From positions 30,566,001-30,630,000 of the forward strand of contig NC_042997.1 in assembly GCF_006345805.1 (NCBI RefSeq): 64,000 bases of DNA, written 5' to 3'. Every line of letters starts with the position of its first letter. Within the stretch, counting starts at the first letter, position 1. Made by a program: the position numbers and the translations under genes. The notes beneath the pieces were generated by a model. That model made no database searches. It saw only the letters and a program-made list of their open reading frames with translations, and was not told the origin of the DNA. Source of the stretch: Octopus sinensis. Lineage: Eukaryota. This document shows positions 52,153-63,696 of this stretch, piece by piece.

Positions 52153-54817
52153 CCTTATGGAGTAAAGTAGACTAATCAGCCTTTTACTACCAACGTCGAT
52201 GGTGTTACAGTTTTGTCATTTTGTTCTTGACAGGAAGAGGCGAGGGTTTTCTGACGGTGTTTTAGGTTTTTTTTTTTTTCAGATGCAGGAAATGGGCACC
52301 GAATGTGAATGCACCCGTTTTATGGCTGTTAGAGGGTTTTTAATCGAGGCCAGATGTATTTACTTGACCACCCAAGTACTCGGTCAGTTTGCGCCTGACA
52401 GGCACGAACAGGAGTTTCTGGTGGTGTTTTAGTTGTTCGGTATCAATTTTCTGCATCTGGAAAAAATAAAAAAAAAGAGAAACTATGCATCTCTTTTATG
52501 ACGGTCGAGGGGTCCTCACACATGGCCAGATATATCCACCTGACTTTTCAGCAAACGAGTGTAACACTCACATAGCTGTATTTGGTATCCAAGTATGGAC
52601 TTAGATTTTTCTTCTGCTTTCTTTTTTTTTTGCTTGTTTTTTGTTTTTTTTACGGCTTGTATTCTTCTTATCACAAAACACTTTATAATAAAGACTTTTA
52701 TCATGCTACCAGATCCGATTGTCCTAACACGATTTATCAGAACTACTGCTAATCTACTCAGAACTACTGCCCATCTACTAGGGTTGCTGGTGCCCCGGAC
52801 GAGCTGAACTTCAGCGCCCTTACAAGTATACCTTTTTAAAACTTTCACAAGGAGAAAAACTGAAAAATGTAGACTAAAAAGCATATGGCACCCCGAGCAA
52901 CTGCCCGAGCTGCCGGTACCTTCAGCCGGCCCTGCTGCCGTCCAAGAATTTGGACCTGGAGATCACCATTTCCAGAGACTTCGAAGGCCACCTCCCAATG
53001 GTGTCGGGCGTCAACGAAGAGCCCTCGACTACAACAAGACAACCAAAGTTCTTTTTTTTTTCCAAGTCTGGGGTCTCCCGCCCCTAAGCCCTAGACCATC
53101 ACCTAATCACCCTTACCCGTCTTGTTGCTTAACAACAACAACAACAAGCCGGCCCTGCTTCTACTTGGATTACCTTGCTGAGTCTACGTTAACTCTGTCC
53201 TGAATTTTATTCTCGATAGACTGCAGTCATTGTCTCCCCTATGAAAAGTTTTATTCAGTCACTGCTCTCCCCAAACAACTACAAGTGGGGCTCACTTCTT
53301 AGGCTTTCAGCATAATAATATGCCAAGTTAAATGAGCAGAATGCGGTTTTTTCTTGCCTCAATGAATCTCCTCAAACGCAGCTGGCAAACGTATATGAAT
53401 AAGATGATAAAAACAGAGAGAGAGAGAGAGAAATATCGGGGTGTATATAAGTGCATGAATTTATATGTATGTACATATATTCATATTCTATGTGTGTGTG
53501 TGTGTGTGTAGTGGTATAGTCTTAAAACATTGTACTCTCTCGAGCGTACACTCTCCCTCTGTTGTTGCTTAACCACCAGGTGTATCTTGATCGAGCAGCT
53601 CTATGATTTGACATTCCAACTGTAGCCATCCCATCGAGTGCTTCTAGAAACAATACAGCTATCAGTACATTATTCAATGTATCCCTTTTCCTTTACTTTT
53701 GTGTGTGTGTGTGTGTGATGGTAATATCTAACACACGAAGATTTGGTTGCTATTTCTAGCTGGTTGAGGACAATTGATAAGCTTTCTCGTTAGGTCGTGT
53801 GTTTATCCGTAGATTTTTGTTGTGATCTCAATGGAGAAGAAAGAGTAAGGTGAATTCAGTTGGAACATAACAGTTGCTACTCTTCTGTACATATGCTTTA
53901 TATCGTACATCTCAGGCACAGTATTTGACACTGCTGCAGCTCATTTTGTGCATGTTTATTCTGGACATTTTGGTGGGGTAACCCTCATGTGGTTTATTAT
54001 TTCTATTTTTACTTTATTCCGTTTCAATATTACAACGATCTCCAATAAACAAGAATGTCCTACTTGAAGAAAATAGCGAGTTGTAGTTGTTGCTGTTTAA
54101 CTGCAGCAGAAGAACTATGATCAACGGCGTTCTATCCATGACCATCATGTCTTTTTTTTGTGTGTGTATCAGAGACTACATAGTTCAAGGTATGATTATT
54201 TCAGACAAACACTGAGATTTGAGAGAAAATTTGGATGCCATTTCAAAGTTTGATTGACTACATAGAGAGGCCTCTTCAGTGGCTCAGGAAAATAGTTTTT
54301 TTTTTATCTAAGTTTGTATGAACTGATGAAATTTCAATGTACAGCATTCACTGCCCACATGCATAAACATCCATCCATTCAACATGACTAATTCAAAGTA
54401 CCCGTCCTTTAAAAAAAAAAGAAAGAAAATGTCTTCTGAGTGGGATTGGTAGACAGGAATGAAAGAAGACCATCGTATTATTTATGTCTTGACATCACAC
54501 GATGGTTATAAACGAATGCCACTATTGTACGAGCGGCATACCTTGTTTCAGGTCTTCCATAAAAGGTCTTCCAGCTATGAGGAAATATTACCTTGCCTGG
54601 AACAAGCAGTATCGACAGGAAAGGTATCCGGACGTTGAAAATATGCCTCAAAGTTTTCCATCTCACCAATACAAGCATGGTAAACGAAGATGCGCCTCAC
54701 TTAAAGGAGTTGAGTGAACATGAAGAATGGCTCGTTTTCGTTTTAAGATAATATAATGGATGTGAGCATGTATGTATTCTGTTCAATACTGACTTCTCGA
54801 GGGTGAGGATGGATATA

Positions 54818-55229
54818 GGATCTTTTCGGTTTGAACGGCAGTTTTTAACATAATTTCCACGTAACTAAAAATTTTAAACTTCGTATACTGGTAGAATGTG
54901 TTTATAAAACATCTTTTTCTCTTGGCTTTATTGAGAAAATTCTATAGTTTTTAAGATATTTGTTGTTTTTTTTCTTCAATTTCTGCAATTTCAACCAATC
55001 AATTACGTCCATTGAGGTAAAGAAAACATTCTGTGCCGTATGAATATGTCCCTCGTTTAAGAAAGAGATTGGGTTTATTTACATTTGTGAAGAAAAAAAG
55101 ATACCCTTCCCCCCACCCCTAACCCTAAAACAGATAGAAATGCAATAGATCGATACTAAGGTCATAATTATGGGTGACAATTTCATATGACACCGCTAGA
55201 AAAAACTGCCGTTCAAACCGAAAAGATTC
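54818..55229. mobile_element. MITE with 29-bp TIRs
   Basis: GGATCTTTTCGGTTTGAACGGCAGTTTTT ... AAAAACTGCCGTTCAAACCGAAAAGATTC; inverted partial copy at 5131-5442. Confidence 0.85.
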
Positions 55230-56618
55230 TGGGTATATATAAATGTGCGTATGTTATCTTTGACAAGTGACTTTGAGTTACGATATTTTTTCTCTTATTT
55301 ACACATCTTCCTTTTTTATATATATTTTTCAAATTTTAAAACATCCAGGATTTTTTTTTTCTTTAAGGATTTTTGTGACGGATGAATGAAGAACAATATT
55401 CGTGGCCTTTTTTAGGAGCCTCTCAGATTGATAGGAGGAAGAGAGATCTAGAGTGAATGCTTTCAACGAAGTATACTTCACTAAAGGTATCTAAGGCCTA
55501 GGTGATGGTGTTTGACCGGGCGATGGATGAAACCTAATACACGTCAGGATTTCTAAATACATGTACAACATTGATTTCCCGGAACCTTTGGTTCCAAAGA
55601 CTTTCCGTGTTACTGATTTTTTTTTTCCAGATTAGGAGTAATCACTTTGGTCAACACACTAAATTAAACAAATATAAATTTACTTAAATTATTAAATGAA
55701 ATACACGTACATTTGATTACATGATACAAGTTTGTTAATAATGTCCTATGGAAGGTACTAGTCGATGCAACATACCAATAAACTAGTCTGACAGCTGCGT
55801 AATTTGAAGGCGATTTGGCTGTTATTTCTGGCAGGTCAAACGACTTCGTTGATATTCCCTTGTTTGCTCATCGAGAATTAAGTGGCAAATTGGCAGACTC
55901 GTTAGAGCATGAGATAGAATGCATAACAGCATTTGTTCCAGCTCTCTAGACACTGAGTTCAAATCTTGCCAAGATCAACTTGGCTTTTCATCATTCCGGG
56001 GTCAAGTATTCTCTTTCTCTCACAGAATCGAATACATTGCAGAGTATGTGACTTGATGGGACCAGAGTCCCTATTTTAAAACCATCCAAGAACCCTCTTC
56101 ATAGGAAGCTGGTTAAACTTTATAATAAACCGAAACATCAATCAGCAGGAATCATGGTGTATACCTTTTACCATTTATTTCAGTCATTTAACTGTGGCCA
56201 TGCTGGGGCACCGCCTTGGAGGGCTTAGTCGAACAAACCGACCCCAGTATTTATTTTTAAGTCGGGTACTTATTCTGTCTCTTTCGCCAAACCGCTAACT
56301 GCAGGAGAGGTAAACAAACAAACAAACACCAGTTATGAAGCGGTGGGTGAACAAAGTTATACCTCTTAAAGGGATGTTAGTACCCAAGTTCCCCGAGGTC
56401 GACTTTGCGGTTCATCCCTTTTTGGAGTACCAGTTGAACAATGGGGTCAATATGTGTCTGTGAAATTCTAAAAAAAAATGTTAGCTTCTCAATGATACAA
56501 ATAGGTATATGATCATTTATGTAAAAGAAAAGAAACTGGAATAATCGACAGACGTCAATTTATTAACATTACTCCAATTTTGAACAACATCGATTTCTTG
56601 TAACCTACAATTGTTTCT

Positions 56619-56857
56619 ATATTCAATTAATTCAAATTACGAATAATTACGTTATAGCTGCATTTCGAATATAGGAAATTGAACATTTCATCAGGGTTAG
56701 AAATCAGCACAAAAAAAGGTATATTCCAGAGATCATTGGCAGACTTGACACATCAACATTCTTTCTGTTATCCCTCGATCCAATGAGATATGTTCAATTT
56801 ACTATATTCGAAATGTATTTATAATTTAATTGTTTGTAATTTGAAATTATTGAATAT
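56619..56857. mobile_element. AT-rich MITE-like foldback with about 70-bp TIRs
   Basis: ATATTCAAT..TTCAAATTAC..CATTTCGAATATAG.AAATTGAACAT is matched on the opposite strand. Confidence 0.7.
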
Positions 56858-57229
56858 ACTCTTTTGCTCTATTACTTGTTTCAGTCATTTGACTGCGGCC
56901 ATGCTGGAGCACCACCTTTAGTCGAGCAAATCGACCCCAGGACTTATTCTTTGTAAACCTAGTACTTATTCTATCGGTCTCTTTTGCCGAACCGCTAAGT
57001 TACGGGGACGTAAGCACACCAGCATCGGTTGTCAAGTGATGCTGGGGACAAACACAGACACACACACACACACATATATACGACAGGTTTCCGTCTACCA
57101 AATCCACTCACGAGGCTTTGGTCGGCCCGAGGTTATAGAAGAAGACACTTGCCCAAGGTGCCACGTTGTGGGAATGAACCCGGAACCATGTGGTTGGTAA
57201 GCTACTTACCACACAGCCACTCCTGCGCC
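56858..57229 (-). mobile_element. SINE family A, full length
   Basis: Same head and tail. Confidence 0.9.
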
Positions 57230-57357
57230 TATAGAAACAATTGTAGGTTATAAGAAATCCATGCTGTTCAAAATTGGAGTTTTGTTAATAAATTGATGTC
57301 TTTCTGTCGATTTCTGCATTTTCATTTTATTAATAAAGCTGCAAAGACATCACAAAA

Positions 57358-57395
57358 CTGTTACTCAGAGTTTCACGTTCCCGTTCATCGGACAG
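57358..57395 (-). ncRNA. Minimal type I hammerhead motif with U4C core change
   Basis: CTGT-CCGATGA-ACG(GGAA)CGT-GAAA-CTC(T)GAG-TA|ACAG. Confidence 0.75.
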
Positions 57396-57469
57396 GAACG
57401 TGAAATTCTAAGTAACAGTTTTAAACCATATTACTCCACCTCCGGTATTCGAGTACTATTTTTTCCAAC

Positions 57470-57793
57470 GCATGCCCAGTGGTTAGAGCGCCAGGCTCAC
57501 AATCATGGGGTTGTGAGTTCGATTCCCGGATCAAGCTGTGTTATGTTCTTGAGCAAGACACTTTATTTCACGTTGTCCAGATTACTCAGTTGTAGAAATG
57601 AGTTACGATGTCACTGGTGCCAAGCTGTATCGGCTTTTGCCTTTCCCTTGGATAACATCAGTGGCGTGGAGAGGGGGAGACTGATATGCATTGGTGACTG
57701 CTGGTCTTCCATAAACAACCTTGCCTGGACTTCTGCCTTGGAGGGTAACTTTCTAGGTGCAATCCTATGGTCATTCATAACCGAAGGAGGTCC
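57470..57793 (+). mobile_element. SINE family D head and CORE-like domain with a different tail
   Basis: tRNA-like head with GTTCGATTCCC, CORE-like motif, unrelated 3' half. Confidence 0.75.
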
Positions 57794-58719
57794 TTCACAC
57801 ACACATGCATACATATACTTATATATAACCTTTTACTGTAATCCTCCCACTATGACCTTTCCTCAACTATAAATCTGTTCTAATCATACTCTACCTTTTA
57901 TTTTCACATCACCTAAAACTCATACCCTCTCACTCCTATTCTTCAGTTATAGGGGCGGCCTCTTGGGGTTATTTAGTCATACGAGTTTGAAGAAAACCTC
58001 ACTAGAGCTGGTCCAAGATAAAAAAATACTCTGGAATATTCTGTAGTGGTTGGCGAAAAACAGGCACTGAAGCATGACACGATCCTCTGAGTTATGTTTG
58101 ATAGATAATTTGTGTTTGTTTTTGTCTCCTTAACCTAGCGGTTCGGCAAAAGTAACGGATAGAATAAGTACCAAACTTAAACCGCCCAACCCATGCCAGA
58201 ATGTAAAGCGGATTATGATATGTGTAGTTGACTGAATCTACTCTGATACATAACTGGTATTGATAGTGATATTTGTTCGACCTTGGAAGGATAGATATTG
58301 ATCTCAACGAGATTTGAACTCAGAACCAAGTGGTCTGAAACTAAACATTGTAAAGCGCTTAGCTCGACACTCTAATATACTGTTCAATATTGATGGATAT
58401 TTAAATGTTATAATGATTGTATTATATTAAAAATATGTATTATGTATAAATGAATTACAGTGAGTTTCATAATAAATGAAAAATTAATATTCAAACTGTA
58501 TTCAAATGTTTTGTTTTCATTGAAAGTTGTTTAGCCCAAAGAGAGCGTAGACAGTACTCCCAATAAGCAAAGTTATTCCAGTCGTGGCCTTCCCATTGTT
58601 ATGCATAAAGGTCTACATTACACATTGAAGCCCTCCTTCTTTATTGAAGACAGTAAGATGGTATGACGGTGGTATGTCAAAATCTCATTTTCACAACCAC
58701 TGGAGGAAGAGACGCTCCT

Positions 58720-58975
58720 CGCGGCCGCAGGTTCGTGAGATGGCTGTGTTCTGTAAACAGTATTGAGTAGGAACTGTCAAGATACGTATGAACACGCAAG
58801 GCGCATATGCAACTGGATTCGTAAAACGGAAAAGAATCAATATGCAATGAGCATGTCAAAACGGAAGAGAAAGAAAAAACGCAATGCGCATGTCAAACCA
58901 GTCATATGATGGTCTGCATGCCACGTGCGACACCATTAACACGCAGCTTAGCTGCAATTTTCTTATTGGTTGGTT
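58720..58975. promoter_or_regulatory. Candidate promoter-like CpG-rich patch
   Basis: NRF1-like TGCGCATG and GCGCATATGC, ETS-like ACGGAAG, CACGTG and ATTGG clustered; no transcript evidence. Confidence 0.25.
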
Positions 58976-59011
58976 TAAATTTTTAAAAATAATAAATGCG
59001 CCCTTTTAAAG

Positions 59012-59236
59012 CCTAGCCAGCCTCATGGGCCCGGTTTCCATGGCGTATGTGTTTCCCATCTGGATGGGACGCCAGTCCATCGCAGCGTTACTCATTTTTG
59101 CCAGCTGAGTGAACTGGAGCAACGTGAAATGAAGAGTTTTGCTCAAGGACACAACGCGTCGCCCGGTCCAGGAGTCGAAACCACAATCTTACGATCATGA
59201 TGCTGACACCCTAACCACTAAGCCACACGCCTTCAT
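59012..59236 (-). mobile_element. SINE family D (CORE-like plus V-like domains)
   Basis: Reverse complement matches 51923-52152 and the type 3 tail. Confidence 0.8.
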
Positions 59237-59819
59237 TGGTTGATTTAGCTTATCAAAAGATGAAATAAACAATTAAGCTGTAAATTCATTTCCTCTTTCT
59301 CTGAATCAGCGGCACTGCACTTGGAGAAGAATGTCTGTGAGATTCAACTGTATCTCTGCTCTCCAAGACAACCACTTTGATTATAATCACGAAGGAAGGC
59401 TGTGGGCACCAACACTCCCGCAGCAAATGGTAAATATAACAATGGTGAGGTCGACCATGTAGGACAAACTTCATTTGATCATTTTCATTTAAGTAGAAGA
59501 ATAATGGATGTAAGCCTGTATTTGTGTTTGGTTGTTGTGGCTGAGCACTCAAATAGACCTATGTTAAAAAGTATTCCACTTGTATGAAACCTGAAACACT
59601 CCGTTTCATACTTATCATCATCACATGCAGCCCTGTGATCAGAAATAGTTCGTGGATCTGCCAAGATAAGAGAGATGGCTATAAAAATTTGTCAGGGCAT
59701 TCACCCAGCAAAAAAACAAATTTTAACTTCCAAGCGAACAAAACTCTGAGGAGCAAATAACATCGATTATGATCTTCGCAAGTACACCAAGACTGATTAG
59801 ACTGATAGAGCTTTTATTC

Positions 59820-59995
59820 ATCATCATCGTCAACATTTAATGTCCGTTTTCCATGCTGGCATAGGTTGGATGGTTTGACTGAAAACTGGGGAGCTGCACC
59901 AGGTTCCAATATGATTTGACATGATTTCTACGGCTGGATGTCCTTCCTAACGCCAACCACTCCAAGAGTGTAATGGGTGCTTTTTACGTGCCAGT
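59820..59995 (-). mobile_element. 3' part of another SINE family with (GAT)n tail
   Basis: GGCGTTAGGAAGGACATCCAGCCGTAGAAA central motif, ending in ATG repeats. Confidence 0.6.
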
Positions 59996-60124
59996 TACGT
60001 CTTCTCAAGCGCGGTATATTGCCAAGAGAAGATGAATGTACTGGATGGAGAAGACATACATATAATTCTGAGCGATAAAAAAAAAGGGCAGAGTAAAGAG
60101 ATAGGTTTTTGAGCCAGACGTTGT

Positions 60125-60513
60125 ACTTACGTGTACTTGTGGCGGCATTCACCCAGGGCGGGTTGAGCCGGCTTCTTCTCCGTTCCTGACGGCATCACGA
60201 ACCATGGCGGCCCACGCTCGACGGTCCTGTGCGAGGTCACTGGAGATAGCGAGCCATTCGCGGTTCCATCTGCGCAGACCGGCCACATGTGGACCAGAGA
60301 GTTCGGAGAGGTCCTCCTTTATCGTTGTCACCCAGGTCTTCAGCTGCCCGCCCGTGCGTTTGCGCCAGCTGGGAAGTGGAGGTGGACATCGCGAATCAGC
60401 TCACCCTCTGGACACCGGGCCGCATGACCGAACCACCTTAAGCGCCGTTGTAGAAGCACCGAAGAGAGGGACCGGAGATTCAGGCGACGACGAAGACCGG
60501 CTGTAGGAACCCG
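60125..60513 (-). mobile_element. RTE-clade LINE 3' fragment
   Basis: RRLRWFGHAARCPEG..(frameshift)..GGQLKTWVTTIKEDL..AQDRRAW..EAGSTRPG*, tail CAAGTA repeats. Confidence 0.85.
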
Positions 60514-60898
60514 ATCAATGCGGGTTCCTACTGCCGGGTTCCTACAGCAAGACGTTATACAGTGTTGGTAAGTGACACCTTGCCAATAAGTTAGTCAAAC
60601 AGCTTTCTTTTCAGTATGATCAAGGGATATTTCAGTACGTTATATTTCAGCATCATTCCAAATGTGAGTAGTACTCCAATGAATAGCGAATGAGGGAACT
60701 TTTCTTTGTGGTCAGTCTGGCGATTAGAAATAGCGGCCAACTTTTCTAAAAATGATACGACACAGTCTCAAAAACAGAGAAGACATATTACAAAACACAG
60801 AGCTAGAAGCCTATTTAAAAGATGGAATGCTGTTGAACATAGGTCTGTGCTCAACTAGGCTTCATCTGAACATGTGTTTATATATATACATATATATA

Positions 60899-61220
60899 CT
60901 AGCAGTATCGCCCGGCGTTGCTCGGGTTTGTTTCGACCCTTTAGAATTGGAATTTTTGAAATGTAAAAATTTTGCATTATGTAGCTTTAAGTGAACATTT
61001 TTCTGGTTGAAATACACCGAAAAATGGCGACACAGCAGTCAAAAAATCGTAAAAAATAGGGATTTTCATTGAAAAAAAGCACCATTTTGATGTAAATAAT
61101 TTTTGGTGTTAACTCTCAATTTTGGTCAACTTGCGCCGCAGGGTCTCGGAGGAGATAGTGTTAGTTGAAGGCTACCAAACCTGCCATACACAGACAACTT
61201 CAGCTTTATATAGAGAGAGA
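60899..61220 (-). mobile_element. Non-autonomous Helitron with the same termini and a different interior
   Basis: Identical 3' hairpin and CTAG, similar 5' TC..TATATAAAG..AGTTG. Confidence 0.8.
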
Positions 61221-61384
61221 TATACACATATGTTGGATATAAAGATTACCTTTTCGTATTAATACTGCTTCCATCGCTAATAATTAAAATGTATGCATGT
61301 ATGTATGAATATATGTATAGCTTATTGAAACTAAATGTTTACCTTGCAACTCGAGTTTTATGCCACGGCAGTCTTTGAGCAAGA

Positions 61385-61882
61385 ACTCTTTACTCTTTTA
61401 CTTGTTTCAGTCATTTGACTGTGGCCATGCTGGAGCACCACCATTAGTCGAGCAAATCGACCCCAAGACTTATTCTATTGGAGTCTTTTGTCGAACCGCT
61501 AAGTTACGGGGACGTAAACACGCCAGCATCGGTTATCAAGCGATGTTGGGGGACAAACACAGACACACAAACACACACAAATATATACATATATATATTT
61601 CGCAAGTGAAAGGCCCCGGGTTCGATCCCCGGTATCTCCATTGAAGATGTAAATGGCGGTGCCCCAGCATGGCCACAGCTTGGGAGCTGAAACTAAATAA
61701 AAATTATTAAAAAAAAATACAACGGGCTTCTTTCAGTTTCCGTCTACCAAATCCACTCACAAGGCTTTGGTCAGCCCGAGGCTATAGTAGAAGACACTTG
61801 CCTAAGGTGCCGCGCAGTGGGACTGATCCCGAAACCATGTAGTTGGTAAGCAAGCTACTTACCACACAGCCACTCCTGCGCC
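61385..61882 (-). mobile_element. SINE family A interrupted by a tRNA-Ala/LINE-tail insert at 61599-61718
   Basis: Same head and tail; opposite-strand insert within the TA tract. Confidence 0.9.
61599..61640 (+). pseudogene. 3' half of a tRNA-Ala(CGC)-like sequence fused to a LINE-type tail
   Basis: TT-CGC-AA GTGAA AGGCC CCGGG TTCGATC CCCGG TATCTCC A: anticodon loop, perfect T-arm and 3' acceptor strand; D-arm and 5' acceptor strand absent. Confidence 0.75.
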
Positions 61883-62242
61883 TATGTTAAAATTCAGTTT
61901 AGGAAAATGTTACATACGCTGATGAGAATGCTGTATTTTCTTTGCGTCTCTGTTCACTGGTTTACTGTTCTCATTTCTGATAGGCTGTTATTTTTCTCTC
62001 TGGACATTGGTAATGTTTATGGGGTGTTGTGATGACCAATGACAAAGCAGAAAATAATAACCAATTAGCAAAACAACGAACAGACGCGAGACTGCACCTA
62101 TACTAACGAATATAAATATAGAACCAGGGTGAGTTGTAACAGTTCTTGCTGAAGATCACAGTGGTGTGAAATTTGAGTCGCCAAATGAACATCTACTACA
62201 TGTACTGAGCACTCTCCTTTCATTAGTTCAATTTATTCAACA

Positions 62243-62630
62243 CTAGCAGTATCGCCCAGCGTTGCTCGGGTTTGTAATGGAAATAACTATATAAGTATTT
62301 TTAGAGAGTTATAGCCAAAAAATAGCAAAAAAATGCATTAAAAATGGAAAAAAAAAATGATGGTAAATTTTTTTTAAATCGTTGACTCATCGTAGACATT
62401 TTTAGAGAGTTACTTCCCTTATATAATAGCGAAAAAATGCATTAAAAAGGAAAAAAATGATGGTAAATTTTTTTTTAAATCGTAGACGCGCACTAATACC
62501 CAGAAGGGCTCGATATGAATCACGACTATAAGATACCCGGTTTTGGTTAAACTGCACCGCAAAATGTGGGAGTAGTTAGGAATCTAAATCGTAGGAGACA
62601 GACACACAACTTCACTTTTATATATAAAGA
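62243..62630 (-). mobile_element. Non-autonomous Helitron, same family as 11402
   Basis: A|TC..CTAG|T in minus orientation. Confidence 0.85.
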
Positions 62631-62799
62631 TTTGCATGCATGTGTGTGTGTGTGTGCGTAGACCTGATTATACTGGTGCTTTTGACCTTCAAATTGAACA
62701 ACTGTACAACAGTGAAGGAAATTTTACAGCCCATCCAACAGGCTTGCAGCCAATTTTCAGTTTACCTGACTTCACTCATGAGATCTGACTTTATCCAAG

Positions 62800-63260
62800 A
62801 CTAAGATGGAAAAAAAAAACTTCTGCAGTGGAACTGAACCGGTTTGCTTGGCATCACTTTGTTTCCAACAATTCGGTGCGACACCAGTGCAAAATCGTCT
62901 CTCTCCGACAAGTCATCTTAACGAGACGTCTGCGTTGGCTAGGTCATGCCCTCCGTCGTCAACCAGAATTCATCTACGAAGCAATTGCCCCAGCTCCCCT
63001 TCAGGGTTGGCGAAATCGATGTGGTGGACAACGAAAAATCTGGCTGATGACAGTCAAGGCTGATCTGGAACCCAACCTAGGCTCCCATACCTTCGGCGTT
63101 CGCCGCTGGAATAAGGAGTGGTTGGAGATCACGCGGTCGTTAGCCTCAAATCGCCAGGTCAGGTCGGCGTTTGTAAGAGATGCAGCATTGAGGATGAATG
63201 AAGCCGGTTCAACCCACCCCGGGTGAATGCTGTCTCAAGACAAGACAAGAAGAACTGAAC
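62800..63260 (+). mobile_element. RTE-clade LINE 3' fragment, paralogous family
   Basis: RRLRWLGHALRR..GGQRKIW..ASNRQ..EAGSTHPG*, tail CAAGA repeats. Confidence 0.85.
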
Positions 63261-63312
63261 CTGGAATGAACCACTTGGAAATATACATTCATACACATAT
63301 ATTCTAATACAT

Positions 63313-63602
63313 GGAGGCGCAATGGCCCAGTGGTTAGGGCAGCACACTCGCGGTCGTAGGATCGCGGTTTCGATTCCCAGACCGGGCGTTGTGAGTGTTT
63401 ATTGAGTGAAAACACCTAAAAGCTCCACGAGGCTCCGGCAGGGGGTGGTGATCCCTGCTGTACTCTTTCACCACTCTTTCTCTCTTCTGTTGGCCTGCTC
63501 GCTTAGCCAGCGGGGTGGCGTCATTCGAAGGCTAAAAAACAATGCGAAGCGCATTGTGACCAGCGATGTGTAACTACATCTGATGGACTGGTCGGTCCCG
63601 TG
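63313..63602 (+). mobile_element. SINE family C, tail type 1
   Basis: 13-bp TSD ATATTCTAATACA on both sides. Confidence 0.9.
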
Positions 63603-63618
63603 ATATTCTAATACACAA

Positions 63619-63696
<78 letters not shown>

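Noticed and set aside
54575-54685. Minus-strand AG..GT bounded open segment (RRIFVYHACIGEMENFEAYFQRPDTFPVDTACSRQ)
   Set aside because: No recognisable domain and no partner exons; needs RNA evidence
55117-55128. CCCTAACCCTAA telomere-like motif
   Set aside because: Only two units and internal to a MITE; the related AGGGTTAGG occurs in the second copy at 5131
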